Shown: positions 1 through 17,409, counted from the whole stretch's first letter. The stretch: 63,944 nt of DNA, filler included, from Conidiobolus incongruus B7586 (GCA_000697335.1; 17 parts of 17 records of this genome joined end to end with filler, not necessarily neighbours in it), one strand, 5' to 3'. The notes: a model not told the origin generated them from the letters alone. Made by a program: numbers and translations.

Positions 1-1352
1 ATCTTATGATTATATTTTTTATATAGTAATAACTCTATTATTTTTATCTTATTAAATATTTTTTTGAATTTTATATACTTAAATATAATATTAATTTTTA
101 TTAATAAATTTTGAATAATTATTAAGATATATTTAAATTAATTTTTTAAATAATTACTAATATTGTTGTTTAATTTCTCTTATATTTTCTTACTAGATTA
201 TACCTATTATAACTTTATAATAAAAAAATAATTAATGGTAGATTTAAAAAATTGAATTAAATATAGATGACTTTGAACTAACTTAGTTTTTATAATAGGG
301 TTTTTAAATATTTTATTATAAAACTTTTTTAAAAATTTAATTAAATATGGTTATCTTTATTTAAAGCTTAAAAAGTTTATAAATCCTTCTTTGGTTCAGA
401 ATACTTAATATAAAACTTTTTTTAGAAAATATTTTAACTTTGAATATTTTTAAGAATATTATCTTTAATAATTAACTTTTAGCTAATTCATCATTAAATT
501 AATGTTTGTTTTATGTTTTTTTATTTAATTATAGTTAATGATGATAAAAAATATTAATTTTTTTATAATATATAATTTTAACTTTATAATTTAATTATAA
601 TAAAGAATGCTTAAAGATTTTAATTAATTAGTGATATAATTATTTAATATTTTACCTTTAATATTAATAAGTTAGAAAATTTTAGTAAAATTAACTTTAC
701 TTAAATTAATATATCGATAAATTAATTATTTAAGTATATAAAACACTTATATTAATAAGAGTTATTATAGTTACAACCTTATTATTATTATTTATAAGTG
801 TTAACTATAACAAAAAATATTCTATTATTTTATCCTTTATAATTAAAGCTTTATTTTTTGAAATCTTATATTGAAAGAATTTTTTAATTATATAACTATT
901 CTCATCATATTTTATATTTTAAATTATTTTTCAATTAATATGTTTTCTTTGCTTATATTAGTTTAATATTTTTAAAGTTATTTTTTTACTTTTATAATTA
1001 TTTCTTTTGATATAATTATTTTTCAGTTAGCTTTGTTTTTTATAATTTTATTTTTATCAACTTTATTTATAGTCTTTATTAATTCATTATAGGATTTAAT
1101 TAATAGTAATAATAATAATTTTTCTTTTAATTTAAGGTTTAATGAATTTTTAATAAAATTAATAATTATATTTCTATTGAAATTAGCTTATATATATAAT
1201 AGATTTATCTTTTAATAAACTTTTATTATAAATTTATTATTTTAATATAAATTGTATTTTTTATTGAAAGTTAAAGGCTATTTATTAATAATTTTATAGT
1301 TTTTCTTTAAAATATCAACTATATTTTCAAATAATATATTTTTAGAAGAAAC
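1..1352 (-). mobile_element. Hypermutated LTR-retrotransposon gag/protease fragment (probable)
   Basis: Minus strand at ~739-762 reads ACT CTT ATT AAT ATA AGT GTT TTA. Using only A>G/T>C reversions this becomes ALIDTGAS, a retropepsin motif. The whole contig is extremely AT-rich like the other transposon relics. Confidence 0.4.
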
Positions 1353-1452
1353 NNNNNNNNNNNNNNNNNNNNNNNNNNNNNNNNNNNNNNNNNNNNTTAA
1401 TTAATTAANNNNNNNNNNNNNNNNNNNNNNNNNNNNNNNNNNNNNNNNNNNN
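1353..1452. other. Artificial contig linker N44-TTAATTAATTAA-N44 (first of 16)
   Basis: Identical 100-bp spacer with stops in all six frames, starting at 1353, 5983, 13292, 14423, 15844, 17607, 24667, 27423, 31218, 32430, 33591, 39393, 40610, 48879, 50091 and 61987. Confidence 0.98.
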
Positions 1453-2891
1453 AATTTAAAAATTTCTTTATATTTTCTTATATATTAAAGTATATAATTA
1501 AATATTTTGAATATTATAATTGAAAATAAATATTTTTAATTATTTTAAAGTAAAAAAAATAAAAATATATAATATATTTCATAAATTTATTAAATATTAT
1601 ATTTCAAAATTATTAAATTATTAAATTATTAATATTGATAAAATTAAAATTAATTTTAATAATTAATTAATGAAATTAAATTAATAAAAAAATATAATAT
1701 TTATAAAGTATTATCATAATATGTTCAAAAAAATCAAGTGATGTTATAGCAAGTACTCTTCAATAGAAAAAAACTATTCAAATTTGACTTAAAGGTATTG
1801 TGAGGATAAGAGGTTTATTGTAGAACCGAAAAAGTTGTGATAATAAATTCAAATTTATTATTATAAATACATTAGTATATTCGTTTTATCTTGGCAATGG
1901 TTTTGATAGATTATACATTCTAAACATAAAGTATAAATAAGGATTATAAAATAATCATTAAAAGTAGAATAAAAATAATAGATAAAATAGAGAGCTAAGC
2001 TAAGGAAAGGATAAGCAATAAAAGCTTGTGTACCTGAAGTCATATTTCTTGAAGGAGCGTATTCCTAATTTATTTATATATAGACTTAATAGCTAAAGTA
2101 TTAAAAATGTTTTGAAATAAAGTTAGTTTATATAAATATTCAAATAGGTTTAATTATTAATAATATTAAAAGCTGACTAAAGATTCTGAAAAGATATAAA
2201 AACGAGCGTTAGCAACAGAAAAATAATTATTGTGCTGTAAGGAAATCGGAATAGGATTTTATAGATGGATATATAAATAAAAGAATTATAAAATTGAAAA
2301 CAGATTGAAAAAGATGAAGTTGGAATGAAATTAATATAAAGATCTATAAAAACTATCGAGTTGAGGTAACCAGAGAAATGTGAAAAACTAAATATATAAA
2401 TATATCTATATGCTGTATGTAAATGATTTAGATGCTTGAATCATTGTTGGACTATAAAATATAATTATCAATACCCCGATCTATTAAAAACAAAAAGTAA
2501 ATGGTTAGAAAGAGATTGGTAAATAATTCCTGGCAAAGATAGTGAGAAACTTAAGTTTTGAGATACGATTTTAAAGATCTACAAGATCAAAGTACTAAAA
2601 TATTATTTATGGGGTTAGTGAATAATAAATGAAATACTGATCTAAAAGAAGGTATCTAAGATCTCTGGTTACCTCCGATGATTAGTAGAGATTGGGTGAT
2701 AATGATTTCAAAAGATTAATCAGATCTTGCTTGTAGTTTGGTTATAGTTTTTGTAATCTTCTGTAAATAAATATTCTCTCACTTGTTACTAAATATTATA
2801 CTATATTTTATAATATTACTGAAGAAGTGATTTTTTTTACAGGCTGATTAGGTCCAAATGGGTGGTTGTTAAGGCTCATTTATTGGAACAC

Positions 2892-3263
2892 TTAGGCCTT
2901 GATAGCATATTTACGTTGAGGGAAAGCAGAGAGCTTCTTCTTTTGCTTAAGAGTCTTGCGAGCAAGTTCTTCAGCGGTCAATTGGCGACGGATAGCACGG
3001 GTCTTCTTGGCGCGGAGATCCAAGGGCAAGTGCTTTTTACCGTTGTATAACTCACGGAGAGCTTCACGGTTGAGGGCGTTCAAGACAGTGAGAACACGGG
3101 CAATGTTCTTACGGACGGAACCAATTTGGGCAATGCGGGCGGAACCAGGGTTGGTGACTTTTTGGACACGGAGGTTGGCTAATTCTTCCTTGAGCTCATC
3201 TAATTGAGCTTGGAGTTGTTCCTTGGACTTGGTGCGTAATTCGAAAGCCTTAACTCTGACCAT
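2892..3263 (-). CDS. RPL35: 60S ribosomal protein L35 (uL29)
   Basis: 123 aa, intronless. Contains VKAFELR, VRKNIARVLTV, PLDLRAKKTRAIRRQLT and FPQRKYAIKA, typical of eukaryotic L35. Strong codon bias. Confidence 0.97.
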   Translation of the reverse strand: MVRVKAFELRTKSKEQLQAQLDELKEELANLRVQKVTNPGSARIAQIGSVRKNIARVLTVLNALNREALRELYNGKKHLPLDLRAKKTRAIRRQLTAEELARKTLKQKKKLSAFPQRKYAIKA

Positions 3264-5593
3264 TTTGACTCGATTTAAATGAAAAGATCAAATTAAGTTA
3301 GATCTATTTGATTCGAGAGAGAAAGTATTTTATTAAAATTTTATTATTCAATATAATTTATTTTCAATTTTTTCACATTATGGGATCACTCTCTTTTACT
3401 AAATTTTCAATCAAATTTCAATTTATGATTAATCAATATTTTAATATTATATATTATATATTACTAATATAGTAAATTTCTATTATTATTATTTATATCA
3501 TAAAGCATTTTGTATATGAGAATTACTTGAAATACATCTTATTATTATATATATTTATTTGGTAGTAGAATTGTAGATCGATATTTGAAATTACTAAATA
3601 TAGAAGGATACCAAATTTCAAGTAATTTGGTATTCGAATTAGTTTAAAATATAAAATTCCTCTTTACGAAATGAATATACAATGTATCTTTGTTAAAAAC
3701 TAATTTTTATGTTTGTAATTATATTAACACGAGCCTCTTACATACTATATTCATTTTATGTATATAAAATATATTAAATTGGAGTTGAAGTTGGAGAATA
3801 TTATCTTTGAATTTTACATCTGTTCAATAAATTCAAAATAATTAAAATTAATATTATTTGAGTTAGATATAATGTTCTGATGAATTAAAGAACAATAAAT
3901 TGTTTTAAATTTATTATAAAGTGTGTAAAATATCTCTTGTCTATCTATTAAAATTAAAAATAAATGCATTTGCAACATTTATCTAATTATAATGAATATG
4001 GTTTAAAATTGCATTGTTGTTAAGTTCTAACTCCCTTTTTGCTCAGTTACATATTTAACTAAGTTATTTCTCAAAATTTTTTGATGATAAATTAATATAT
4101 AAAATTTTAAAATTAGACATTTAATCATCAATAGATAATTCATAGAATTTATTGTTATCCAATTATAAAATTTTGTACCAAGCAACTTAAAATAAAATAT
4201 GCTATCAATTATTTTAGGTTATAAATATTTTCAATGTTAATTGAAAACAAATTTGCCAGTTATTAAAGTTTTTGCTTTAATCAGGTGAGCAATATTTAAG
4301 ATCATGAATTTGCGACACAACCCAGTATTCATTAATAAATCCAATATATCATATATTGAGCAATGAATCAATTTCAGTTTGCATGATCAACATTTTTAAA
4401 TAATATTCTCGCATCTCTAGTGTTTATTGACTTAGTAATATTCTAGATATATTTCATAATTATCTTTAAACTGCAGTCTTTGAATTATGTTTTTAAAATT
4501 CATTTTATTCAGTGTTTGATTCTATATTATTTAATATTAATTTCAACTAGTATTTTTAGTGTTCTTAAATAAATATAAAATTGAGGTTAATAAAAATATC
4601 AATAAATTAGTTATAATGATTTTATTAAACGATTGAAATTTCTAATATCCATTGATAATTATTATATATTTTCCACTATCAGATATATTAATTTTGATTA
4701 TATATGCTTACAGTTTGTGATAAGAATCAAACTGATTTTATATAAAATATTTATATATAAATAATGCAAAATTTCAAATATTATCTGAAAATTTATTTAT
4801 TGGAGAATTATATGAACTACATTTGAAAAAGTTAAAAGTTTTTATAAATTTAAAAAATGTGTATTCTGACTTCTTTAAACTATATACTATATATATTAAT
4901 TTTTTAATATCTCAATATTTATGAATTTGGTCTGAAATAGTTTCATTTATCTATTTATTATACTTTGTAAAATATGCTAAGATTTTTCAGATGACATATG
5001 TGCTCCAATATGATATATCCTTTATTAACATAAAAATTTAATAATTAATTTTTTTAAAAAACCTAGAGGGTATAAAGCTTGAAAATTATTTTTGATATTT
5101 GAGAATTTTAAATAATTAACATAAAAATGATAAAAAATATTGATTATTTGCTAGACTATGATATTAAAAAATCAAAATTGAATCCGAATTAATTATTATC
5201 ACTATAATATTATTAATGTATGAGAGCACTAATTGATAAATTTATTAAATCAATTCCAGAAAATTTGTATTTTAGCTAAGTATAATGAAAAAATGATATA
5301 TTTGTATCAGTAAATAGTTTAAATGATTTTTTCGAATAGTTAATAGTACATTTGGAGAAATTTTGAATATTAAATATTAATATTATATAGAAATATAAAA
5401 TATTTGTATTCGATAGTAATTTCTCAATAGTATTAAGTTAATAAAGTGAGTTGACAATTTCTATCATTTATTACAAGGTGAATAAATAATGAATATTATA
5501 GTGAGCAAATTAGATATAGTAGCTAGAAATTACATACAAATTTGAGTTTTCAATCATTAATTATTAATATTTATTGATATATTTACAGCAGGT

Positions 5594-5982
5594 TTAAGAA
5601 ATTTCAATGCGACGAGGTTGAGAAGAAGGTTTCTTAGGAATATTTACTTCAAGGACACCATTATTGAACTTGGCAGTGACATTATCAAGATCTGAGTCCT
5701 TTCTCAATGAGATGGTTCGAGTAAATTTACCAAATGATCGTTCAGAAACTTTGACATGTTTCTCTTCATATTGTTCATCTCGTTTGCATTCACCTGAGAT
5801 TTGGAGGTAGTTGTCGTTGATATCGAGCTTAACATCCTCGGGTTTGAATCCAGGTAATTCAGCATGGACTACTGTTTCTTTGTCGGTTTCATATACATCA
5901 ACATTGGGACCAAAGTTGCCGAATCCTCTAAACCCTGTATGGTCATCAAAGAAATGGCTCAATTCACGGTTCATAAAACGTT
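5594..5982 (-). CDS. HSP20: Small heat-shock protein, Hsp20/alpha-crystallin family (5' end cut by contig edge)
   Basis: Alpha-crystallin domain motifs PNVDVYET, AELPG, ERSFGKFTRTISL and AKFNNGVLEVNIPK, plus C-terminal IEI motif. The frame stays open to the linker at 5983. Confidence 0.93.
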
Positions 5983-6082
5983 NNNNNNNNNNNNNNNNNN
6001 NNNNNNNNNNNNNNNNNNNNNNNNNNTTAATTAATTAANNNNNNNNNNNNNNNNNNNNNNNNNNNNNNNNNNNNNNNNNNNN

Positions 6083-6624
6083 TAATAATTTTTTAAATAA
6101 TATAAAAAATATTTTAAATATTATTATATTATAATAGTTAATAAAATTTTATTATTAAATAATTTTTATTTTAAATTTAAATTGATTTTTTTAGTTATAA
6201 ATATTAATAATTAATTAATTATTATTATAAGTATAGTAGAAAAAAGTTACTAATATAGTATAAAGAAAAACTTGATAAAAGAGTAATATGGTATAGAATA
6301 TGGTAATATAATATAAAATATAATATGAAAATATAAACAAAGTTTAATTAATCCTTAAATTAAAATAAGTCACTGATATATTAGGATTTTTATTAGGTAG
6401 CACAAATATCCTATAATATTGTTAAAATATAGTTTTAATCTTAGAAATAGTGAAAAGGATAAAAAATAATAAAAATTGAGAGGAAAAAAAACCTAGTTTA
6501 TTAGATAATTTAATGCTATTTATATAATTAATTTAGCTATAAAAGTATAAATTAATCATATAATTTATAGTTAATTGAATTATAAAGAAATATATATAAG
6601 AATTTAAAGAACTAGTCTTTTAAT
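6083..6624 (-). mobile_element. Ty3/Gypsy LTR plus adjacent 5' internal sequence, partial copy
   Basis: Reverse-complement match to 33691-34200 and 38969-39355 (e.g. TTTAGCTATAAAAGTATAAATTAATCATATAATTTATAG), ending at ...ACTAGTCTTTTAATA. Confidence 0.8.
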
Positions 6625-7327
6625 AATTATTATTAATTAAATTACCTTAACTTTTAAGATAACAAAACCTTTAATTAATAATAAAGGTTTTATTTATCAT
6701 TGTAATTATTATTTTAATTATTAAATTCAATTATATATATATTTTAATTAATTCAAAAATATTATTATAAGTAAAATATCTTTTATTTTAAATAATAAAG
6801 ATAATATCACTAAGATAAATATATTTTTAATATAAAATATTTTGAATTAAATACAGATTTATTAAAAAAATAATATGGAGTTAAATTATACTATCTTTAT
6901 CTAATATAACTTTTATAGAAAATCAGACAATTATTAGAAGTTTATTTTTATATTATATATCATATGCAATAATTACTTTGATTATAATTATAAGGAGGTT
7001 CTTAAGCTTTATGATTAAATTAAAAGTATATCTTATATATAAGATATTCTCCCTATATTTTATATTATATTAATATAACAATATTGGTAAATATTATTCT
7101 TGGTTATTGAACTGAGTAATAATAATTTGCTTAGTGGTCTTAATAATAATTTAATACTATAGATTCTCCTATTTATTTAGTATACAATTTTTTAGAATTT
7201 ATATTATATTTGTAAAGTTAGAAATCAAAAAATTTCCCATTTTTTTTCTAATTTGGAAGTAATAATAAAATTAATTTTACTATTATTTTTTTGTTATAGT
7301 ACAAAGTTCAAATTTATTCAAAAAAAT

Positions 7328-8466
7328 TCATTTATAATTTAACCATTCAGATTTCATAGCCTAATTAAATTAAATCAATAATTTCAATATTATCCAATAA
7401 GGGTTTATGATTACATCATCAATTGTTATCCTATTTTGAAAGTTTATATTTAATAAATTTAACATTAAATATTTTAATTTTTCATCTTGAATAAACCTAA
7501 ATTGATTTCCTAATCTTTTTTCAAAATTAAGTTCTTGAAAATATTTGAAGGTTTTAAACAACTAAATAAAATTAAATTATGTATTATAAAAATTCGTATA
7601 ATATATTGATATATACCTCCAAATCTTCATTTTTAGGAGTACCTAGCTCGGTAAATATTTCATTTAAAACTTTTAATTCGACATCTCCATCAAATAAAGG
7701 TTTCTTTAACACAATTTCTCCAATGATACATCCGAGGGACCAAATATCAATTTTTTCATTATATGTGGGAGAACCTAATAAAATTTCGGGAGCCCTATAA
7801 TTCCTTTATAAATGTATTAATATCTTTTATAATATTGCGATTGAGTTGAATAGTTTACAGACTGCCAAAATCACAATTGGTCGAAGTTTTAATATCTTCA
7901 AGTTTTTTGGCATTACCAAAGTCACAAATAAGTACGTTGAAATTGTTATCAGTATCAATTAGTATGTTTTCAGGTTTTAAATCCCTGTGAACAATTCCTT
8001 TTTGATGAATATAATTCAACCCTAACAGCATTTTCATTGTGATTTGTTTCAAATAGTCTTCTACTTTATAATCTAAAAAAATCAAAATTAAGTTCAGTTA
8101 GCGAATTGCTAAATTAATTACCCTGATAGCCTTCATAAATCCATTGATTTAAATTAATTGAAATTTTGGGAAATACTAAATAATCTAAATGGTCATCAAT
8201 GTAATGATCTAATACCTTCAATACCTATTAACACAAATTATATTAATTTAATAATCATTAAAATGTTTAATAAACCCAAGTACATTAGAATGATTCAAAC
8301 TTTTATGAATTTTAATTTCATTGACAACCCTGTAATAATCATCAGAATATTTAGAATTCTGAAATTCTTTTATAATAACAGTTGTTGAATTAATTTTATT
8401 TTCACTTAAGAATAATATACCATCATTTCCGTAATTAATAGGTTCTAATAATTCGTATTGATTCAT
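7328..8466 (-). CDS. CMGC-group (CDK-like) Ser/Thr protein kinase, 6 exons, ~288 aa
   Basis: Exons 8466-8284, 8224-8122, 8072-7859, 7803-7617, 7561-7415 and 7360-7328 join in frame via GT-AG introns. Motifs: [48 protein letters not shown]. The Gly-rich loop is divergent (INYGNDG). Confidence 0.85.
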
Positions 8467-8712
8467 TTTTATTAATTCAAATTGGATCAATACGCCCTGA
8501 ATAGAACAATGATTAAATTTAATAATTGGATTAATAAATTGATTGTGGGAAATAATTCAAAATTATGCAAGTTTGTAATATTGAGTATTTGATTTATTAA
8601 AAAAAATAATTAATTAAAATAAATAGGTTAATTTAGAAAGTAAAATTTCAATGAAGTAACAGTAATAATAGCATAGATTAAAAATATTATTGAATAGAGA
8701 TGTAAGTTGAAT

Positions 8713-11925
<3,213 letters not shown>

Positions 11926-13391
11926 AATTTTAATTTTAAAAAAAATTGAATAAAAAAATATATTGATATTATTATAAAAAATTAATTAATAATCTAGATA
12001 TTTAACCAATATTAATTTCTTAAAATATTTAATATTATGATAAATCCTAATTACTAAATATATTAGAATAATAATGTACTTAACTATTGATACAGTTTAA
12101 TTTGGGTCAATTTAATTTAAAAATTAATAAACGAAGATATTTATACATATGAGTTTAATTTTTTATGATGTATATAAAGAATGTATTTGGATCACTAAAA
12201 TGACGGGTTATTAATCAGAGTTATATTATTAAAGCTGGATTTGTTCTCGATTAGTATATTAATAAATACTCTTTAGAGTTTATAGTTTAAATTTTTAATA
12301 TTTACCTAGTAAAAATAGCATCACTTGATTAATTTATTTACTCTTTTGATATATGGTATATTCTATTATTCATTATAATCTAAATTTACAAGAAAATTTT
12401 TAGAAAACATTTTAATTGTTATATTTGATTTTGTAAACAATGATGTCATTGAAATTATTTGATTGTTAATTTGAAATTTTTATTCTCAAAATCAAGTCAT
12501 ATAAACTGAATGATATTTGAAATTGAAATTTTTAGTTGTTAAATATTTAAAATATAGGATTAGCAAATATATGAAATATATAATTATATATTAATATTGA
12601 TTTTATTAGTATATTTTTTAAAAAATAAAATTATATATTTTATATAGAGGTATTGAAGAATAATTAGATAATTTATAAACTAAAATTTTTAATATAATAG
12701 ATCTATTATATAAGCAATTATATTAATATTTTCCATTGTTCCCCAATAACAATTGATGACTTATTCTGAAAAATTAAATTTTTATTACAATTTTCTCAAA
12801 CTATATTTTTTTAACAAACAAACTTCATAGATATTAAAATATATATTTTTTAACTCAGATGATTAGTTAAAATTAATTTTATCATTTAATATGGAATTAA
12901 TGATTTTTGGAATTTTTCCAAATTAATAAATGTAGATAAGTTAATATTATAATTTTTCATTCAACTTTATATGATATTAGACTTTTTGGCTATAATAATT
13001 GATAAATTTTTTAATAGTAATTATGATTTTATATAGAACTAACAGATGATATTTTGATATATTGAATTCTAATAAATTTTAGATTATATTAATCTAAATG
13101 ATATATGAAATAATCTTATTATTTTTTCTTATTTTTAAATATTTAAAAGTAGAAAAATAATCTCCAGTTATAAACTTAATAGTAATATTATCTTGTAATT
13201 TAAATAATAGGAATTTTTTATAATAAAAAAAAATAAACATTTTAATATAAAATATAAAAATAAATATATAATATAAATTTATTAGTTTTTTNNNNNNNNN
13301 NNNNNNNNNNNNNNNNNNNNNNNNNNNNNNNNNNNTTAATTAATTAANNNNNNNNNNNNNNNNNNNNNNNNNNNNNNNNNNNNNNNNNNNN

Positions 13392-14422
13392 TAAAATAAG
13401 TTTTAAAAAATTAATTTTTAAGATAAAAAGATTTAATTATAAAGTAAAAGATATTATTAAACATAATTACTATATCACAAATATTAAAAAAACATATTAT
13501 TAAAATATTCTTTATTAATTAACTAAAGTTTTACTTAAAGATTAAAATATTTTAATAATTTATAAATTATTTTAATGATATTTAAAATATTTAAATAAAT
13601 CTTATTAAATTTGTCAATTAATTATTTTGTAGAAGTTTTTTTTAAGTTAAGAAAGTTTTTCTTTTGTTAATTAAACTTAATTTTTTAAATTATATCTTTT
13701 TTTAAAAATTTTTTCTAATTATTTAAAGGTTTATATATTTATAATAAATTATCCCTTTAAAGATTTTTTAAGATTAAATTTATAATAAGTTAACTATTAA
13801 ATATGGGTAAATTTTTTTAAAAAAATGGTTAATTTAATGACATTATTTAAATCTTTATTAAAAATTAAATTAAAATAATTCTTTAAATTTTTAAAATAAT
13901 TTTTAAGTTTACAAAAGTTTTTAAAACTATTATAAATAGTTAATTTATTTTTAAAAACATTAAGTAAGTGATTTAATGAATTATAATAGTAAAATAACTA
14001 GCTTGTTAAATTTAAGCTTTTTAAGTTATATTTTTCCTAACCAAAAGTTATTTGATATAAGTTTCTTAAAAGTTAGTAAGCTTTTAAAAATTAAAGTCTT
14101 AAATTTACTTAGTAATTAAACTATTATCTTTATTAATATAATATAAAGATATTTTTTTATAATAATATTATAATGTATAATATTATATTTAAATAAAATA
14201 AATTATAAATAAAATTTAAAATAATAAAAAATAGATTTAATATAAATAGTTATTAGTTTTTAATAGGTTTTTAATAGTTTTATTATTGTTATTATATAAA
14301 TATAATGGTAAATTACTAATATAATATAAAGAAAAACTTAATATAAAAGTAATATGATATAAAATATAATATTATAATATAGTTGTAATATGTATATATA
14401 AACATAGTTTAATTAAGCTTTA
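13392..14422 (-). mobile_element. Ty3/Gypsy partial copy (LTR end plus gag region)
   Basis: Reverse-complement colinear with ~33955-34975. Differences are dominated by C/T and G/A transitions. Confidence 0.8.
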
Positions 14423-15079
14423 NNNNNNNNNNNNNNNNNNNNNNNNNNNNNNNNNNNNNNNNNNNNTTAATTAATTAANNNNNNNNNNNNNNNNNNNNNN
14501 NNNNNNNNNNNNNNNNNNNNNNTATCTTTAAAAAAATTAACTATATAAAATTGTTTTAAATATTTTTAAAAGCTGGAAAATAATTTTAAAAATATAATAT
14601 ATCACATAGCTTAATTTTTAATATAATTGTTAAAAATATTATTAAACTAACTATTTTTCTGGAAAAATCTATTTTTATTTAAGAGTTAAAATATTATAGA
14701 ATTAATATTAAAGAATTTTTAAAAAGAAATAGCTTAATATAAGAATATAAACTATTATTTAATTGGGAAAAGCTTTTAAGATAGGTATTATTTCAAAATT
14801 ACAATTTAAATAATTATAAAAATACCATCTTAATTTAAATAAAAACTTTTTCTAAATTAAATTATTAAATTTTAAATATGATATATTTTTATATATTAAA
14901 TATCAATAAAAACAAATAAATTCATAAACTATTATAAAGTTATAATTTTTAAATAAAACTCTAGTTAATTAATATGGAATCATTTGATAATATATTTTTT
15001 TTTAAATATTAATGATATAGTAATTATAATTAATATAATCCTTTATTTTATTATTAAATTTTTTTATCAAAAATATTAA

Positions 15080-15440
15080 AATTTTAAAGTCATTTTAATT
15101 CACTTAAATCATCAATAATAAATATTTTTGTTTTAATATTCAATAAAAAAAACTCTATAAAAAGAAATTAAAGCTTATTGAAAAATAAATAAAAATTGTT
15201 ATTATTGATAAAAGATTTAAATTAATAATTAAGTTAATACATATCAATTAAGAAAATAATATCAATTTTATTTATAATAATTTTAATTTTACTATCTACA
15301 AATTATATATAAATAATGTTAATGTAATCTTAAAATTATCTTTTTTACCATTAATTAAAAAATTCTATTTTAATCCATAAAAATTGCTATAAATTAATAA
15401 TTTTATAAAATAAACCATATTAATTTACAAAAGTAAGCCA
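15080..15440 (+). mobile_element. Fragment related to the Ty3/Gypsy gag region
   Basis: 15290-15420 aligns by eye to 35170-35300 (AATAATGTTAATGTAATCTTAAAATTATC vs AATAATATTAATATAACCTTAAAATTACC). Confidence 0.5.
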
Positions 15441-15509
15441 TAAAATCAAAAACACTAATATTCTTATTAAAAATTTTATTAATATTTAATTAAATAAATA
15501 TAGATTAAA

Positions 15510-15843
15510 TAAGTTAAACTAAATATATATTAATAATAGAAATTATGTAATGATAATATTTAATTATTAATTAACTAAAATATCAGTTTTTAAATTTCAT
15601 TTAAAATAAGTAATATATTTGTAGATTTTCAATATTAAAAAAAATTAAAACTTAGTGTATCTATTTTTAATTTCTTTAACTTCTTTAAGTTTATAAGGTA
15701 TAAAATCAACTAACTTCTTATATCAAGAAAAGTTAATCTTATTTATGTTTTTTAAATATATTTTTAAATTTAATTTAAATTTTTATTAAGGGAAAAGTTT
15801 TAATATTTTTTATAAATTTTATAGATATTTAATTAAATTAAAA
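15510..15843 (-). mobile_element. Tc1-like transposon 3' fragment, more divergent copy
   Basis: Aligns to 15944-16240 (AACTTCTTTAAGTTTATAAGGTATAAAATCAACTAACTTCTTA). Confidence 0.65.
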
Positions 15844-15943
15844 NNNNNNNNNNNNNNNNNNNNNNNNNNNNNNNNNNNNNNNNNNNNTTAATTAATTAAN
15901 NNNNNNNNNNNNNNNNNNNNNNNNNNNNNNNNNNNNNNNNNNN

Positions 15944-17378
15944 GTTAAATTTAATTAATTATTAATTGATATATTAACATTAAAAGTATACTTAAGATAA
16001 GTTATAAATTTGCAAGTTTTAGTATTAATAGAAAAATTAATATCTAGTATATACACCTTTTGCTTTTCTAACTTCTTTAAGTTTGTAAGGTATAGAGTCA
16101 ACTAGCTTCTTACATTATATAAGATTAATATTATTTTAAGCTTCTTAAATATACTCTTAAAGTTAATCTAAATTTTTTACTAGGGGGAAAGCTTTAATTA
16201 ATTTTTTTAATTGATCCCAATAATATTTATTTGGGTTAAGATTAAAAGGTTAAGGAGGTCATTTCATAATAGTTATTTTGTTATTTTTAAGCTATTTAAT
16301 AGTATAATTTATAGTATAGCAAGGTGTATTATCTTGTTGGAAAATAATATTTGATTTTTTTAATCTATACCACTCAATAGTTTTTTTCAATTAAATATTT
16401 AGAATACTTTGGTATATTTTAATATTAATTCCCCTATCAACCTTATAAAGATACCTTATACCTAAAGATAACATACATCCCTAAACTATAATTAACCTAT
16501 TAATATATTTTTAGATTATAATAATATAATAGTTATAAAGTGGTTCTTTATTTTTTTTTTTTGAAATATCTAGTTTTTTTATTAGATTTATTAAAATATA
16601 TCTTTGTTTTATTAAATTAAATAACCTTACTCTAGTTAGTTTTGGTTCAACTTTTGTGTTGACATTTAAACTCCCACTTAACTTTATAATAAGACTTTTT
16701 TAGTTGGGGGTGTTTTTTCTTAAGATGTAAGTGGTATCTATTCTAATATAAAGCATATATAATAGTATTAGTATTAACTAATATTCTTACATAGTCTTGT
16801 AATTTTTGTTGTATTTCTACAGTAGTATTACACTTACTTATACTAACTAATCTATAAATATACTTTTCATCATACTTATTTATAATCTTAATACACTTAA
16901 ATTTTAGTTTATGTGTTTTTTTAACATTGTTTTTAATAACTTTAACTATAGTAGATTAGCTAACACTAGTAATTCTAGCAATCTCACAAGTTGATTTATT
17001 TTTATTATGAAATTAATTAATGTGTAAGTGAACTTTTTTAAAGAGAGATTTAAGCATTAAAATATTAATTTTAAAATATTAGTTTAATAATTTTATAATA
17101 TATAAAATATAACAAAAGAAAAAGAAGATATATATAAGTTTTGTTATTTATATCCCTTTAACTTTTATAAACTTATAAATTTATAACTCACCTTGGTTAA
17201 ATTTTAGGTGTTGATATATTAACCAATAGCTAATGTAATATAATCAAATATAGTTTGTTATAATCAATTAATATAGATAAATTATATATTTTAATTTAAA
17301 TTTAATTAATTAGGAATTGTTCAAGATATAAGTAAATATTTAAGTAATTTTGATTTTATGACTCACTTTACAAGTTAG
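15944..17378 (-). mobile_element. Tc1/mariner (Tc1, DD34E-type) DNA transposon, hypermutated; transposase relic 17057-16037
   Basis: Minus-strand relic ORF of ~340 codons: HTH KSTCEIARITSVS*STIVKVIK, FQQDNTPCYT (=FQQDNAPCHT), MK*PP*PFNLNPNKYYWDQLK (=WPPQSPDLNPIE..W) and C-terminus LVDSIPYKLKEVRKAKGVYTRY*. The 5' terminus is flanked by TA. Confidence 0.88.
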
Positions 17379-17409
17379 TATAATATTATTTTGCTTAATA
17401 AAATAATCT

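Noticed and set aside
2862..3207. Plus-strand ORFs 2862-3050 and 2956-3207
   Set aside because: Antisense shadows of the codon-biased RPL35 gene.
5811..6038. Plus-strand ORF over Hsp20
   Set aside because: Antisense shadow that runs into the N linker.
7579..8388. Plus-strand ORFs 7579-7800 and 8158-8388
   Set aside because: Antisense to exons of the CDK-like kinase.
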